From a virus, in IMG/VR virus record IMGVR_UViG_3300048930_000242, positions 64,001-128,000 of that record: a stretch of 64,000 bases of DNA; one strand, 5' to 3'. The translations under genes and the position numbers were made by a program. Below are positions 17,966 to 27,817 of this stretch, piece by piece. Position 1 is the first letter of the stretch; each line of letters opens with the position of its first letter. The notes under the pieces are model-generated. The model was not told the DNA's origin. It saw nothing but the letters and a program-made list of their open reading frames with translations, and ran no database searches.

Positions 17966-18868
17966 TTACTTGTTCGCCATTGCCTCGAACAAGGCCAATG
18001 GATCGTCTTCATCGGGAAGAGTAGCCGGAGCACTCGCCGGAGCGGCCTTCCGTGGTTCTTCGGAACGACCGGCCGAAGGAGCCGGCTCGGAGCGTTCGAC
18101 CGACTGACGCTGAGAAGGAGCGGCAGCGGCACCAGTCACCTGGTTCAACTTCGCCGTGAGCTCTTCCTTGGTCTTGTACTTGCTAGGAGCGGTGAACTCG
18201 TCCAGGTTGTGACACTGGCGCCAGATCTTCTCGATGAAGTCATCATCGCCCATCGCCGACGGAGCCTCGAACTTGGACTTGTCGTACTTGGTGTTACGAT
18301 CCTTGTCCTTGTAGATTCGGAGGTTGAAGTTGGCACCGCCCCATGGATCGAAGGCGTCGATGATCGGCTCGTCAGGGAACTCCGGCTTCTGAGCGGCCAT
18401 CAGCATGTTGAAGACCGTCGGACCGGACTTGAAGATTCGAACGGTGCCGTTGTCTTCCGGATTGGCCGGGTGCGAGATGACCAGGATGTTGTAGTAATAG
18501 GTCAGCTTGCGCTTCCGGTTCCTGGCGATCTGCTTGTCGGTCTCGAGACCGGTCGCCCAGAGACCAGAGTTGGCCTCGCAGACCGGGCACTCTTTGCCGA
18601 TGGTGGTCGGACATTCCTCGATGAACCACTTGCCGCCCGGACCTTGGAACCCGTGGGAGTAGGCCTGATTCCAGTGGAGGCTCTTGCCTTCTGCGGCCGG
18701 GAGGAACCTGATGATTGCGAAACCGGAACCCTTGTCGTCGACCTTCGGATAGAACATCCGAGCATCTTCGGTTCGGTCATAGGTCTTCTGGCCACCGAGA
18801 GCACCAGTCTGGACTCCGGATGCCACCTGAGATACACGCTTTCTTAGTTCTGAAATAGAGCTTGCCAT
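17966..18868 (-). CDS. gp32: Single-stranded DNA-binding protein, T4 gp32-like
   Basis: G.AIIRFLP, HGFQGPGG.W.IE.C.TT.G..CPV, YY.NILVI..P.NPE.NG.V, FD.W.GANF; acidic tail. Confidence 0.97.
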   Translation of the reverse strand: MASSISELRKRVSQVASGVQTGALGGQKTYDRTEDARMFYPKVDDKGSGFAIIRFLPAAEGKSLHWNQAYSHGFQGPGGKWFIEECPTTIGKECPVCEANSGLWATGLETDKQIARNRKRKLTYYYNILVISHPANPEDNGTVRIFKSGPTVFNMLMAAQKPEFPDEPIIDAFDPWGGANFNLRIYKDKDRNTKYDKSKFEAPSAMGDDDFIEKIWRQCHNLDEFTAPSKYKTKEELTAKLNQVTGAAAAPSQRQSVERSEPAPSAGRSEEPRKAAPASAPATLPDEDDPLALFEAMANK

Positions 18869-19551
18869 TCGTCTTCTTCCTTTTGGTTAGCCTGTTGGGA
18901 TTTACCCTGATCGGCGTTGCTTAGAATTTGCTTTTGTCTCTGGACATCAATATGGCGTTGCGCCATCTGCGCTCCTTTCCGGACCAGAGACTCTCCGAGG
19001 AAGGACCTGTATCTATCCAAGATGTAAAGTGATTGCTTGAATCTGATGTTACATTGTACCATAAGAGTGGGCCACATGTCCAGTACTTCTATCACTGAGA
19101 TGATCATCTCAGGACACTTGAACCAGTAGTTGAAGATGGATGCATCCAGGTTGAACGGATTCAACCCCAGCCACTCAGTGACCTTGAGTTCACCATAGGC
19201 TAGCTGGTTACCGAGGACCATGACATCATCTCGGACGACCGCGTCGATGTTCGCCCAGTTAGTTCGAAGAGTCTCCGGAAGAGAAGGCTTGGAGGTAAGA
19301 AGATTGATCGCCGAGAGCGGAGCCCACTCCTCATCGGAGTAATGGATCTTCAGATGAACGAAGATCGCAATGGCATCTCCAACTGTCCGGCATTTCCGGC
19401 CAATGATGCCGAACACCGGATTCTTCGACTGAGGACCAGTGAGTGCTCCACGGACTCTGGCTTTCGACTCTCGGATGTCGTACTTTGAGCTTGGGTCAAA
19501 ATGGAGTTCGACCGCTCTGTAGGCTTGGTAGGCCTCTGGTCCGGTGATCAT
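18844..19551 (-). CDS. gp59: Helicase loader, gp59-like
   Basis: EAY..Y.AV.LHF....KYD; directly upstream of gp32. Confidence 0.75.
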   Translation of the reverse strand: MITGPEAYQAYRAVELHFDPSSKYDIRESKARVRGALTGPQSKNPVFGIIGRKCRTVGDAIAIFVHLKIHYSDEEWAPLSAINLLTSKPSLPETLRTNWANIDAVVRDDVMVLGNQLAYGELKVTEWLGLNPFNLDASIFNYWFKCPEMIISVIEVLDMWPTLMVQCNIRFKQSLYILDRYRSFLGESLVRKGAQMAQRHIDVQRQKQILSNADQGKSQQANQKEEDEWQALFQN

Positions 19552-19560
19552 GTTTCATCC

Positions 19561-20580
19561 TTAAAGTGCTCTCATCAGAAGTCGCAAATATCTTGGGCCG
19601 GTGTCGGCTCCGGTGGTTCCACGGAATTGGAAATTTGCCTCATATTGCTTGTCTTTAACTTTGACCTTGCATTTGATATTGGCGTACTTTCTTTTGCCGG
19701 CCTCTGGATACACATACGAGTTTGCGTCGAGTCCGGAGATGCTTACCGGAATCTTTGAAGCTCCGATATTCAGCACGTTCACCGAGTTGGTTCTCTTCTT
19801 ATGCACGATCGTGACATGAGTTCCTAGAGATTGGCTGATGAGATTCTCGAGATTTGATTTCACTCTGGAGAATCTTCCTGGGTTAGAAGTAGCATCCGAG
19901 AGATATTCTGGTCCGAAGCCGGCCAATTTCTTTCCTTCAAATCCGAAGAACTCTCCAATGGCCTTTTTTGTGCTCGGACTCTTGAAGTACTGGAGCACTC
20001 CGGCATTGATGAGGTAATAGGACTCGGACATTTTCAGCGAGACATAAATCTTCTTGCCCTTTGAAGAAACCAAAGTAAGGTCGGTAAGAGTCTCTCCGGT
20101 AGAATTCTGGACGACCAGATTGTTGCCTTGCATCACCACGCCGCGCTTCTGATTCTTGGAGCCTTCGGCTTGAATCTTCCATTTCTCATCTTCGGAATTC
20201 GGCTTGAGTCCAATCTCGTCGACCATCGCCTTGATCACGTCTGGATGTGCAAACTCAATCTCGCCGCCGTTGAAATAGAACTCGAGGTCCTTGGCGAGTT
20301 GCTTCTCGAAGTCCAGGCCGCCGGCGCCTTTCGCCTTATGCGGCTTATAGATGATGTCGATGCCGTTCCATGAGGGCACAACGGTAACATCCATCGAAGA
20401 AGACTTCGACTTCTTGGCAACCGACTGGTGAGCAATCGACTCTTTTCGGAGGTACTCTTCAACGATTTTCTTGGCCGTCACTCGGTCCTTGGACTTGACC
20501 ACAATGTCCTTCTTCCGAAGCTCGACCACATCTCCAGGCTTCACCTTGTCCTTGAGGACATTCACCAACTCGATTGACAT
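19561..20580 (-). CDS. Putative PD-(D/E)xK nuclease-like protein
   Basis: G..FE ... TDLTL ... YVSLK spacing. Confidence 0.5.
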   Translation of the reverse strand: MSIELVNVLKDKVKPGDVVELRKKDIVVKSKDRVTAKKIVEEYLRKESIAHQSVAKKSKSSSMDVTVVPSWNGIDIIYKPHKAKGAGGLDFEKQLAKDLEFYFNGGEIEFAHPDVIKAMVDEIGLKPNSEDEKWKIQAEGSKNQKRGVVMQGNNLVVQNSTGETLTDLTLVSSKGKKIYVSLKMSESYYLINAGVLQYFKSPSTKKAIGEFFGFEGKKLAGFGPEYLSDATSNPGRFSRVKSNLENLISQSLGTHVTIVHKKRTNSVNVLNIGASKIPVSISGLDANSYVYPEAGKRKYANIKCKVKVKDKQYEANFQFRGTTGADTGPRYLRLLMRAL

Positions 20581-20673
20581 TACTCTCGCCTATTTTAGAC
20601 AGCCTACATCTATTTATGCCGGCGAGCTAGCCGTCCTTACCTAGGTTGACCACACGCTTCTCGAGTGATTTTC

Positions 20674-20943
20674 TTAACGCTTTTCACTTTGAACCTCCTT
20701 GAAGAATTCGGCAAGCATTTCTTTCTCTCGAGACTCCGGCTTCAAGAGCCGCATCTTGGTCGCCTCGAGGTGGAAAAGAGCCAGGATTTCCGGTGTGAGA
20801 TACTTCGGGATGTCGGTTTGCTCCAGTCCAAAGACCTCGGCCTCTTCAAGAGCCGACTCGAGCATCGTATGGCCGGTCTTCACATGTCGCTCATGGACCG
20901 CTCTGGAGTAGATTGTCGCTAGTCGCTTAAGGTTGCGCTTCAA
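20674..20943 (-). CDS. gp33: Late transcription coactivator, gp33-like
   Basis: Size, IPKYL.P.I......EA...RLL; position upstream of gp59. Confidence 0.65.
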   Translation of the reverse strand: MKRNLKRLATIYSRAVHERHVKTGHTMLESALEEAEVFGLEQTDIPKYLTPEILALFHLEATKMRLLKPESREKEMLAEFFKEVQSEKR

Positions 20944-21187
20944 CTTGGATCTCCTTCATTGGTGGCCTGGACTGATAGGCTTTCGCTCGGTACTCTATTT
21001 TCACGCCATTGGCGCAGAAGATGTAAAGCAAAACCGTATCGGCGTCCTTATAGCCGGTGTTGTAGATTGAGTAAAGGCCACCGTTCGAGGCGCAGATAGC
21101 TTCACCTTGTTTGACATGCCACGAATTGATGAAGTCTCCGGCGCAAGCTCCGAGGAAAAGCAGACAGAGGATCAGGAGAGCCTTCAT
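20927..21187 (-). CDS. Putative lipoprotein
   Basis: Signal peptide with lipobox LGAC. Confidence 0.6.
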   Translation of the reverse strand: MKALLILCLLFLGACAGDFINSWHVKQGEAICASNGGLYSIYNTGYKDADTVLLYIFCANGVKIEYRAKAYQSRPPMKEIQVEAQP

Positions 21188-21729
21188 GTCATCCTCACAT
21201 ATTTCTCGTACTGGTAAGGGAACTCGTTGTCCTCATCGGCCGGAAAGAGATTCGACTGATCGACGCATTTGAACTGGAAGAGCGGAACCTCCCAGTAAGC
21301 GCTGTTGATGGCGAACGAGTGACGTGAGTGAATCTTGGTCCGGTAGATGGTGTTCACCAGTGGAACAAGCATGTCGAAGACCCTGGTGCCACCGATGACC
21401 CAGATAGACTTGTCGTTGTCGAAGGCGATTTCGTCCTTGAGGAACTCGATAGCCGCCTTCGGCCCCATCATGCACTGGTTGTTGACGTTACAGCACTTAT
21501 AGTCATCGCCGAACTTTCCGGAGATCGTCACCAAGTATCGACCTGGGAGACCGGTCTTCGGAAGAGTCTCTCGGGTTTTCCGGCCCATGACGAGGATTGG
21601 CATAGAAACACCGTCATGCCTCTCGCTGGTCAATCGCTTGAACCTGGCGAGGTCGGCCTTCTGTTTCCACGGAAGACCACCATTGACGCCAATGAGGTTG
21701 TCCAAGTCCGAGGCGAATATCAAGTTCAT
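21184..21729 (-). CDS. frd: Dihydrofolate reductase
   Basis: IG.NG.LPW...DL..FK.LT, VMGRKT, LPGR, WVIGG; start moved to MNLIFA after the GAGGA RBS. Confidence 0.93.
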   Translation of the reverse strand: MNLIFASDLDNLIGVNGGLPWKQKADLARFKRLTSERHDGVSMPILVMGRKTRETLPKTGLPGRYLVTISGKFGDDYKCCNVNNQCMMGPKAAIEFLKDEIAFDNDKSIWVIGGTRVFDMLVPLVNTIYRTKIHSRHSFAINSAYWEVPLFQFKCVDQSNLFPADEDNEFPYQYEKYVRMT

Positions 21730-21834
21730 GTCTTTCCTCTTTGGTCTTGTCTCTCTTGGCGAGAAGCCGCCAAGAGCTGAAGCTTCTCTTCTCTCCTTTC
21801 TAGGAGTATACTCTTGTCTGCAAGGTACTCTTTT

Positions 21835-21878
21835 ATTGTACCCTAGACGAGTGCTCTTGTCCAGTAGAGAATTGTAAC
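21835..21878 (-). promoter_or_regulatory. Early promoter copy
   Basis: TGGACA-N17-TACAAT. Confidence 0.75.
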
Positions 21879-21892
21879 AAGTTGTAACAGCC

Positions 21893-22471
21893 TTAGGAGT
21901 TCCATTCCTCACGCAGATGGCCATTGATCATTCGAATAGCCTCTCGACGGTGCTTGCTCTTGAAGGTCTGATTCCAGCCTCGGCCGGTCTTCACGAGCGG
22001 CTTCATCAACTCGACCGGCATGACACCGACGTCGAATCCGTAGAGCGGGAAATACATCGATTTGCGACCTTCCGCTTCACGAGACCAGACAGTCCCGCCA
22101 AAGCGATCGATGTAGGTCTCCTTGAGCATCAGACCATGAAGGCCGTCGAAGACATACACTCTGCCGCGGAGCATAATGGTAAGAACCACGTGGCAGAAGT
22201 CTACGCAATTGTTGTTCCAGAAGTCTACCGTGTTCTTACGTTTTGGAGAGGAATTGATCATCTCAAGAGCTCTCTTGAAGTGCCGATCATGCTCGACATC
22301 GTCAAAAACTGTCAGGCCGATCACATTGAACGGAAGAGCCTTGGCGACCTCGACGGCGAAGAAAGCACATCCGCCGGAGTTCAAACACCAATTGAGTTCT
22401 GGGTTCCTCAAGATACCTTTGTGGAGAGCGATCAATTTCTCTTCCATTTCGGCTTCGGTCTTGATGATCAT
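21893..22471 (-). CDS. Hypothetical protein (NSGGC...HVV...DG motif)
   Basis: ORF downstream of a promoter. Confidence 0.7.
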   Translation of the reverse strand: MIIKTEAEMEEKLIALHKGILRNPELNWCLNSGGCAFFAVEVAKALPFNVIGLTVFDDVEHDRHFKRALEMINSSPKRKNTVDFWNNNCVDFCHVVLTIMLRGRVYVFDGLHGLMLKETYIDRFGGTVWSREAEGRKSMYFPLYGFDVGVMPVELMKPLVKTGRGWNQTFKSKHRREAIRMINGHLREEWNS

Positions 22472-22503
22472 CTTTGTGAACCATTGCGGTTGATGTTAGG
22501 TTG

Positions 22504-22548
22504 ATTCTAACACAATGAAACGTGGATGTACAGCCTTGAATTGTAAAC
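22504..22548 (-). promoter_or_regulatory. Early promoter copy
   Basis: GTTTACAATTC..TGTACA-N17-TAGAAT. Confidence 0.8.
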
Positions 22549-22872
22549 TTGAGTTACGAATGAGTCACCATGCTCCACGCCTACGGAACCCTAGTGAGGT
22601 GATCCGAACTGGCAATCACCTTTGCTTCTAGAATCCCGTAGGCGTGGATAGGTGGTCACCAGGTCGCGAGAAGAGGATACCCAAGCTTCTTGAGTTCCTC
22701 GTCCACTTCAACCAACGAATGACATGGAATTGCAGCAAGCATGATCGGAGTCTGAATTCGAATCGACCACTTGAACCGATGCTCCGGTCGATTCTTGAGC
22801 AGAGTGATCTGGCAAGTTCCTCGTTCTCGCTCGATGTCGAGCTTATTGTAGACCGCTGTCATGCTGCTCTCC

Positions 22873-22898
22873 GGGTGATCTAGGTGAATTCTGAGAAG
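22873..22898 (+). repeat. 26-bp direct repeat, copy 1
   Basis: GGGTGATCTAGGTGAATTCTGAGAAG, identical at 24073-24098. Confidence 0.9.
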
Positions 22899-22936
22899 CA
22901 AGGTGGACTGACATCCACCTTGCTTCAAGCTCGTGA

Positions 22937-23992
22937 TTAGGCAGCGCGAGCGGCCATCAGGCTCTTCCACTTCGCGGCCGGCTTCAGCACCGAGTGGATC
23001 GCCAGCTCCATCCAATCACCGCCGGTCTTGCGGAGGCCAGCAACTTTGACCACCGTGCGGAGCGAGAGCTCCTGGAGGTCCGAGACGTGGCTGGTGATGA
23101 AGTTCACCACGTCGGCCGTCTGAGAGTCGGTCAGGTCGAACTTGTTCAGCATGCCTTCGCCAACCAGCGAGGTGATGCGGATCAGCATGTCCGACTGATT
23201 GGAGATACCCAGGTCCAGGTAGAAGCAACGGCTCTTCAGAGCGTCCAAGTGCGGCTGGAGGCGCTTCTGAGTGTTCTTGTCGAAGTTCAGGTTGGTCAGG
23301 AAGATCACCGAGCCGTGGAACTCGAACTTGTTCGGGATGTCATTCTTGGCCAACGTGAAGGACTCGGAGTTCCAAGAGACGAACCGGCGCTCCGAAGAAT
23401 CCAAGACGGCCTTGAGGATGTTCAGTGCTTCGTCATCATGAAGCACCGAATCACAATCATCGAAGACCACCACGTTGTGGCGACCACGATTGTGATAGAG
23501 AGTCTGGTAAAGGCAAATCGCCGAGCTCTTGCCCTTGACGATCTCATAGTTCTCTTCCGGAAGATTGTTCACGATGGTCTCTTCGACCGAGAAGCTCTTG
23601 CCGATGCCCGGAGGACCAGAGACGACCAAACCGCGGATCATGCCCTTGATGGCACCGCGGGTCATCGTCGTGATGATCTCGAAGCTCTTCTTGATGCGGG
23701 TGGCGGCTTGCTCCGAAGTTTCGGTCGAGCGAACCATCTGCTCGAAGTCGACTTCTTCGACCATCGTCTCGAGCACGCCGGTCGGCTCTTCTTCGGTCGA
23801 AGCTCCAACCACCGCGAAATCCTTCTTGGCGCAGTAAAGACGAGCAACCTGGCCGTTATGGAGCTTGACCGTGACGAACGAGCCCTTGTTGCCACCTTCG
23901 CTGAACGGACGAACCATCATGTAGCGACCGGAGACTGCCTGGCTGCGAAGGGTGCCTTTCTTGACTTCGATGACCTTTGCCGTTTCCATCAT
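22937..23992 (-). CDS. AAA+ ATPase
   Basis: Walker A GPPGIGKS, Walker B VVFDDCD, IFLTN, AL.SR. Confidence 0.85.
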   Translation of the reverse strand: MMETAKVIEVKKGTLRSQAVSGRYMMVRPFSEGGNKGSFVTVKLHNGQVARLYCAKKDFAVVGASTEEEPTGVLETMVEEVDFEQMVRSTETSEQAATRIKKSFEIITTMTRGAIKGMIRGLVVSGPPGIGKSFSVEETIVNNLPEENYEIVKGKSSAICLYQTLYHNRGRHNVVVFDDCDSVLHDDEALNILKAVLDSSERRFVSWNSESFTLAKNDIPNKFEFHGSVIFLTNLNFDKNTQKRLQPHLDALKSRCFYLDLGISNQSDMLIRITSLVGEGMLNKFDLTDSQTADVVNFITSHVSDLQELSLRTVVKVAGLRKTGGDWMELAIHSVLKPAAKWKSLMAARAA

Positions 23993-24013
23993 GTTCTCCT
24001 AGAGTATGTGTAG

Positions 24014-24058
24014 ATCATACCACAATGGATAGAGCATGTAAACGGCTGAATTGTAAAC
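24014..24058 (-). promoter_or_regulatory. Early promoter copy
   Basis: GTTTACAATTC..TTTACA-N17-TATGAT. Confidence 0.8.
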
Positions 24059-24072
24059 TAGAGTACCAATGT

Positions 24073-24098
24073 GGGTGATCTAGGTGAATTCTGAGAAG
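24073..24098 (+). repeat. 26-bp direct repeat, copy 2
   Basis: Identical to 22873-22898. Confidence 0.9.
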
Positions 24099-24172
24099 AG
24101 TGGTGGATGGTAACCCTGGTTGAAGAACCTAGGTGAACTTGGCACTTCTAAGTGACTGATTTCAAACAGAAG

Positions 24173-24196
24173 AAAAGGGACCTTGCGGCCCCTTTT
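24173..24196 (-). terminator. Rho-independent terminator
   Basis: GGGGCC-GCAA-GGTCCC followed by TTTT. Confidence 0.8.
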
Positions 24197-24380
24197 GGTT
24201 ACTCTTCAGAATACTTTCGTCGATCTTTTTCCTTTCGCTGGCGTTCTCGTTCAAGAGCCTCGCGCTTGTGTTCCTTCGTTCGTGTGGGATCTGGACGTCG
24301 AGTAAACTTCTCGAAGCGGACATCCAATTCGTCTTCACGATCACGACTTTTGCTCATGGTGGTTCTTTATTGCCTCTCTT

Positions 24381-24772
24381 TTAGGACTGGGAAGTTGCCG
24401 CTACGTACTGCTCCAGGCATGCGGCACGAAGCTCTGGAGAATTCCATTCATACATGTCAGGAAGGTCAAGAGTGACCAACTCCGGCTCGTAATCTTGAAG
24501 TGACTTTCCGTGACTCTGGAGAACTTCTCGTTTTACATCTTCTTCGACAAACACGACCTCATCGGGGCCCACTTCAGGTGGACTTGGTCAAGCGGCACCA
24601 ATGCGAAGTGCGGAGAGTAGCCAACGGCTCGGGTGTTGTACCCAAACTTCTCATGGAGCACATTGGCCAAAGTTGGACTTCGGAGCATTCCGGCCGAGCA
24701 CACACAAAGGACCTTCTTAACCTTCGTCTGGTACTCGTTCTTCGCGTTGCCTAGTCGGTTCATCAAGCTCAT
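24381..24772 (-). pseudogene. LMW protein-tyrosine-phosphatase-like gene split by a frameshift
   Basis: VLCVCSAGMLRSPT (CX5R) in one frame; DEVVFVE...LDLPD.Y continues in another after the C-run at 24564-24567. Confidence 0.7.
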
Positions 24773-24831
24773 TCTAAACACCTCTTTGTTGAGGGGCCAA
24801 AGAAGCTCTGGCCCATTAAGTATCTACATTT

Positions 24832-25104
24832 TCAAGCGCTGGTCGGCACGGTCGCTGTCTTCGGCCAGTACTTCTTCTCGGACTCGGTCATGTAGCCCTT
24901 GGAGCGGAGTATCTCTAGCGGCGCGATGCCCTTCTCGTACTCGGCCTTGTACTCCTCGACGGTGAAGTGCTTGGCCAGAAAGTTGATGAAGCTGGTCCGG
25001 ATCTTCCGGTTGTACTTGAAGCGCGCGATGAACATGCCGCAGACACCGCCGTACATGAGGTACTCGCCGGCGGTGAAGTTGGCTTTCTGGAATTTGGTGC
25101 TCAT
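24832..25104 (-). CDS. Hypothetical protein
   Basis: Phage-typical codon bias; own promoter. Confidence 0.7.
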   Translation of the reverse strand: MSTKFQKANFTAGEYLMYGGVCGMFIARFKYNRKIRTSFINFLAKHFTVEEYKAEYEKGIAPLEILRSKGYMTESEKKYWPKTATVPTSA

Positions 25105-25132
25105 GGTCTCATTCCTATTCGGGTATAGTTGG

Positions 25133-25177
25133 ATCATACCATAGTGGACGATCCATGTCCACTACTGAATTGTAAAC
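25133..25177 (-). promoter_or_regulatory. Early promoter copy
   Basis: GTTTACAATTC..TGGACA-N17-TATGAT. Confidence 0.8.
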
Positions 25178-25181
25178 AATG

Positions 25182-25499
25182 TTACGCCAAGGCGATCTTC
25201 AGAGCACGCTCGACGATCTGAAGAGTTCCAGGAGATCGAGAGTAACTCGAGACGATATTTTCGCCTTGTCCATAGAAGAGGACGATCCCACCGACAATTG
25301 TCGGTCCATTGAAGAAACGAATAGTGTCTTCATCAGTGACGCCCATACTTTCAAGGATTTCCTCTTCAAAGCATGAATGAGAAATCGCTTCTTCTTCTCC
25401 ATTATGGATTGACACAGTGTATCCACGCACCAAAATTTCATGAATAAGTGCTTGAGCAATACGAGATTCGATCTGCATAGGAAGATTGAAAATGCTCAT
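25182..25499 (-). CDS. Hypothetical protein
   Basis: ORF with own promoter. Confidence 0.65.
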   Translation of the reverse strand: MSIFNLPMQIESRIAQALIHEILVRGYTVSIHNGEEEAISHSCFEEEILESMGVTDEDTIRFFNGPTIVGGIVLFYGQGENIVSSYSRSPGTLQIVERALKIALA

Positions 25500-25530
25500 T
25501 TGGACTTCTCTTTGCGGTTGGTAGAAGTAA

Positions 25531-25559
25531 ATCATACCATAGTGGCTTGACCTTGTACA
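25531..25559 (-). promoter_or_regulatory. Early promoter copy
   Basis: TGTACA-N17-TATGAT. Confidence 0.7.
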
Positions 25560-25642
25560 GCTTTCTTTTCCGTAATGACCAATTGTTTACAATCTCTTGC
25601 TGCACAACTTTTCTAGCTTGTGCAGCAAGAGCGCTTCTCCTT

Positions 25643-26473
25643 TTAGCGACTGATGATCGAAAGTGACGGATGGGCAATTGGCTCGTTGTACATGGCCAAG
25701 ACATCCGAAACCACTCGTGAACGAACAACGTCTCTTTCGTCAAGCTGGTCGACCGAGATCAACTTGGTCCGTGATTTGGCTAGACGGTTTCTAAGGTCGA
25801 CCAGGCCGTTCTCAGAGGCCTTCAGGTCTGATTGATTTGGGTCTCCAAGGATGACCGTCTTGGAGTTCTCACCGGCTCGGGTGGTCAAGCATTTCATCTG
25901 GGAGATGGTCGAGTTGCTCATCTCGTCGGCCAGAACAAAGGCATCCGAGAAGGTGCTACCACGCATGAAGGCGAACGGACGAATCTGAATGACACCTTTC
26001 TCAATCAGATGGTTTGTCATTCGACCACCAACAAGTGTAACAAAGCAGTCCAAGATCGGAAGCACATAAGGGAGCATCTTCGAATCGACGCCACCAGGCA
26101 AGAAGCCTAGTTGCTCGTCGGACTCAACAGCTGGCCTTGTGATAATCACTCTTTCAATTCGCTCGTCTCGAAGAAACTCAAGAGCGGTAAGAACTGAAAG
26201 GAAAGTCTTTCCTGAACCAGCTGGACCAATGATGACCGACATTGGAAGCTCGGATCGGAGGTTATGAAGAACCTCTGCTTGGCCTTGTGTTTTCGGCTCA
26301 ATCAACTTATGGATCTTGATCTCGGAACCACGTATTGGCTCGAAATATCCCATCCGAATAGCATCGGACTTTGTTTGGTTGATTGAACCTAGCAGCGGTT
26401 CCTCTTCGCGGCGCGTTTCTGACCGAGAGTACTTTTGCTGCTTTTTCTCATAATTAGAGTTTCTTCTGCCCAA
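25643..26473 (-). CDS. phoH: PhoH-family ATPase
   Basis: GPAGSGKT, ITRPAVE, LGFLPG, FMRGSTF, DE..N, GD..QSD, DVVRS. Confidence 0.95.
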   Translation of the reverse strand: MGRRNSNYEKKQQKYSRSETRREEEPLLGSINQTKSDAIRMGYFEPIRGSEIKIHKLIEPKTQGQAEVLHNLRSELPMSVIIGPAGSGKTFLSVLTALEFLRDERIERVIITRPAVESDEQLGFLPGGVDSKMLPYVLPILDCFVTLVGGRMTNHLIEKGVIQIRPFAFMRGSTFSDAFVLADEMSNSTISQMKCLTTRAGENSKTVILGDPNQSDLKASENGLVDLRNRLAKSRTKLISVDQLDERDVVRSRVVSDVLAMYNEPIAHPSLSIISR

Positions 26474-26762
26474 AAGAGAAGCTCCTGTAGTGATAAATGA
26501 GTTTTGAGTACAGCGAGGAAAAGACGTCCGAAATTTGATTGGGCTTCAGCAGTATACTGCTCGAATAACTAGATTATTTCTTTCTGTCTTTTCCTACAAA
26601 CTTATCTATCTGATTCCAGGCAGACTTCCTTCAAGAGTCGAATCTCGTTTTCAATATGCTCGAAGAGATCCACTCCGTAGGTCTCTTTCTTTTCGGCGAA
26701 GTAATTGCGGCCTCTGGTGCATATCCGCTCAAGGATCTCGAATCTACTCTCTAGGATTGATT

Positions 26763-27164
26763 TCATTTCACCAGGTTCGCGAAATATGGCTGCTCCCATT
26801 CTCGGCAATATTTGTCAGTGCAATAGATCCTGTACCAAGCCTTTGAAAGAGGTCGACTAATTTCATCGATAATTCTACCGGCCCATGATGGATGAACGGT
26901 TTGATCTTCGATAGATTGCTTAAACCATTCATGATCGTTAATGCTACGAGCGATATTCAAAAGATCTCGGCGCACATCGAAGAAAATAGTTGGATCTTGT
27001 TGAATGAAGTCGGTTTCATTATTCTTGAAACAAGAATCTGCTCTTGGCTTCAGGCGTAGCATAATAAGATTGATTTCTTCGCAAAGAGATTCATGAGCTA
27101 AACACGAAGCAACATCATGAAACATTGACCCATCATTTGCTTCAAATCGAATAATTTCTTTCAT
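26763..27164 (-). CDS. Hypothetical protein
   Basis: F.A.DG..F...C..HE N-terminus. Confidence 0.65.
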   Translation of the reverse strand: MKEIIRFEANDGSMFHDVASCLAHESLCEEINLIMLRLKPRADSCFKNNETDFIQQDPTIFFDVRRDLLNIARSINDHEWFKQSIEDQTVHPSWAGRIIDEISRPLSKAWYRIYCTDKYCREWEQPYFANLVK

Positions 27165-27479
27165 TTTGAGATTCCTATTTCACCAGGTAGAAAGCAATTG
27201 AAGAACCGACAAGAGCACCAAATGCCGCACCTAACGCGTAGAGAAACCTATCAATGGCTCCACCGAATACAACCTTTCGGATATTGTGAGTCCAGATAAT
27301 AGAGATCATGAAGCTCGTCAGAAAGATTCCAAGAGGAACATATTTGGCGACCAAATAGGAATTTGCTCCAACGAATGCTACTTGAATGAATCCAGTAGAG
27401 AACAGCATCACTCGATCCTTGGTCGAACTAATAACAATGCTTGTCCGACGGTCCACTCGCTTGACCTCTTCTTCAGTGC

Positions 27480-27806
27480 TCAATCGCCACCACCAGAGCT
27501 GCATGAAGAAGAACCAGAGTCAGAAGAAGACGAGCATGAATCATTTGAAGAGTACGACAAATCAATTGCCGCATACGAAGACAATTTTGGTGGGCTCACT
27601 CCAAAATCAGCAAGAGTTCGATTATTTGCGCTTGGATATTCTGGCGCAAGCGGAGTAGTATATCGACGGGTCTCTGGGATCTCCAGGTCAATATCGATTT
27701 CTGGAAATTCAATAGCCGACTTTCTATTAGATCGCCGAATCAAATAATACAGCACAACCACTGCAATCAATGCGATAATAATGAAGACAACAAATTCGGT
27801 GCTCAT
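27480..27806 (-). CDS. Small membrane protein with Ser/Gly/Asp-rich tail
   Basis: N-terminal TM segment; SSSSDSGSSSCSSGGGD. Confidence 0.7.
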   Translation of the reverse strand: MSTEFVVFIIIALIAVVVLYYLIRRSNRKSAIEFPEIDIDLEIPETRRYTTPLAPEYPSANNRTLADFGVSPPKLSSYAAIDLSYSSNDSCSSSSDSGSSSCSSGGGD

Positions 27807-27817
27807 TTCGGTTTTCC

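Noticed and set aside
21730-21924. N-terminal extension of DHFR, and similar extensions such as MVEFYH at 30375 and 58961
   Set aside because: They run through promoter cassettes; downstream starts have proper RBSs
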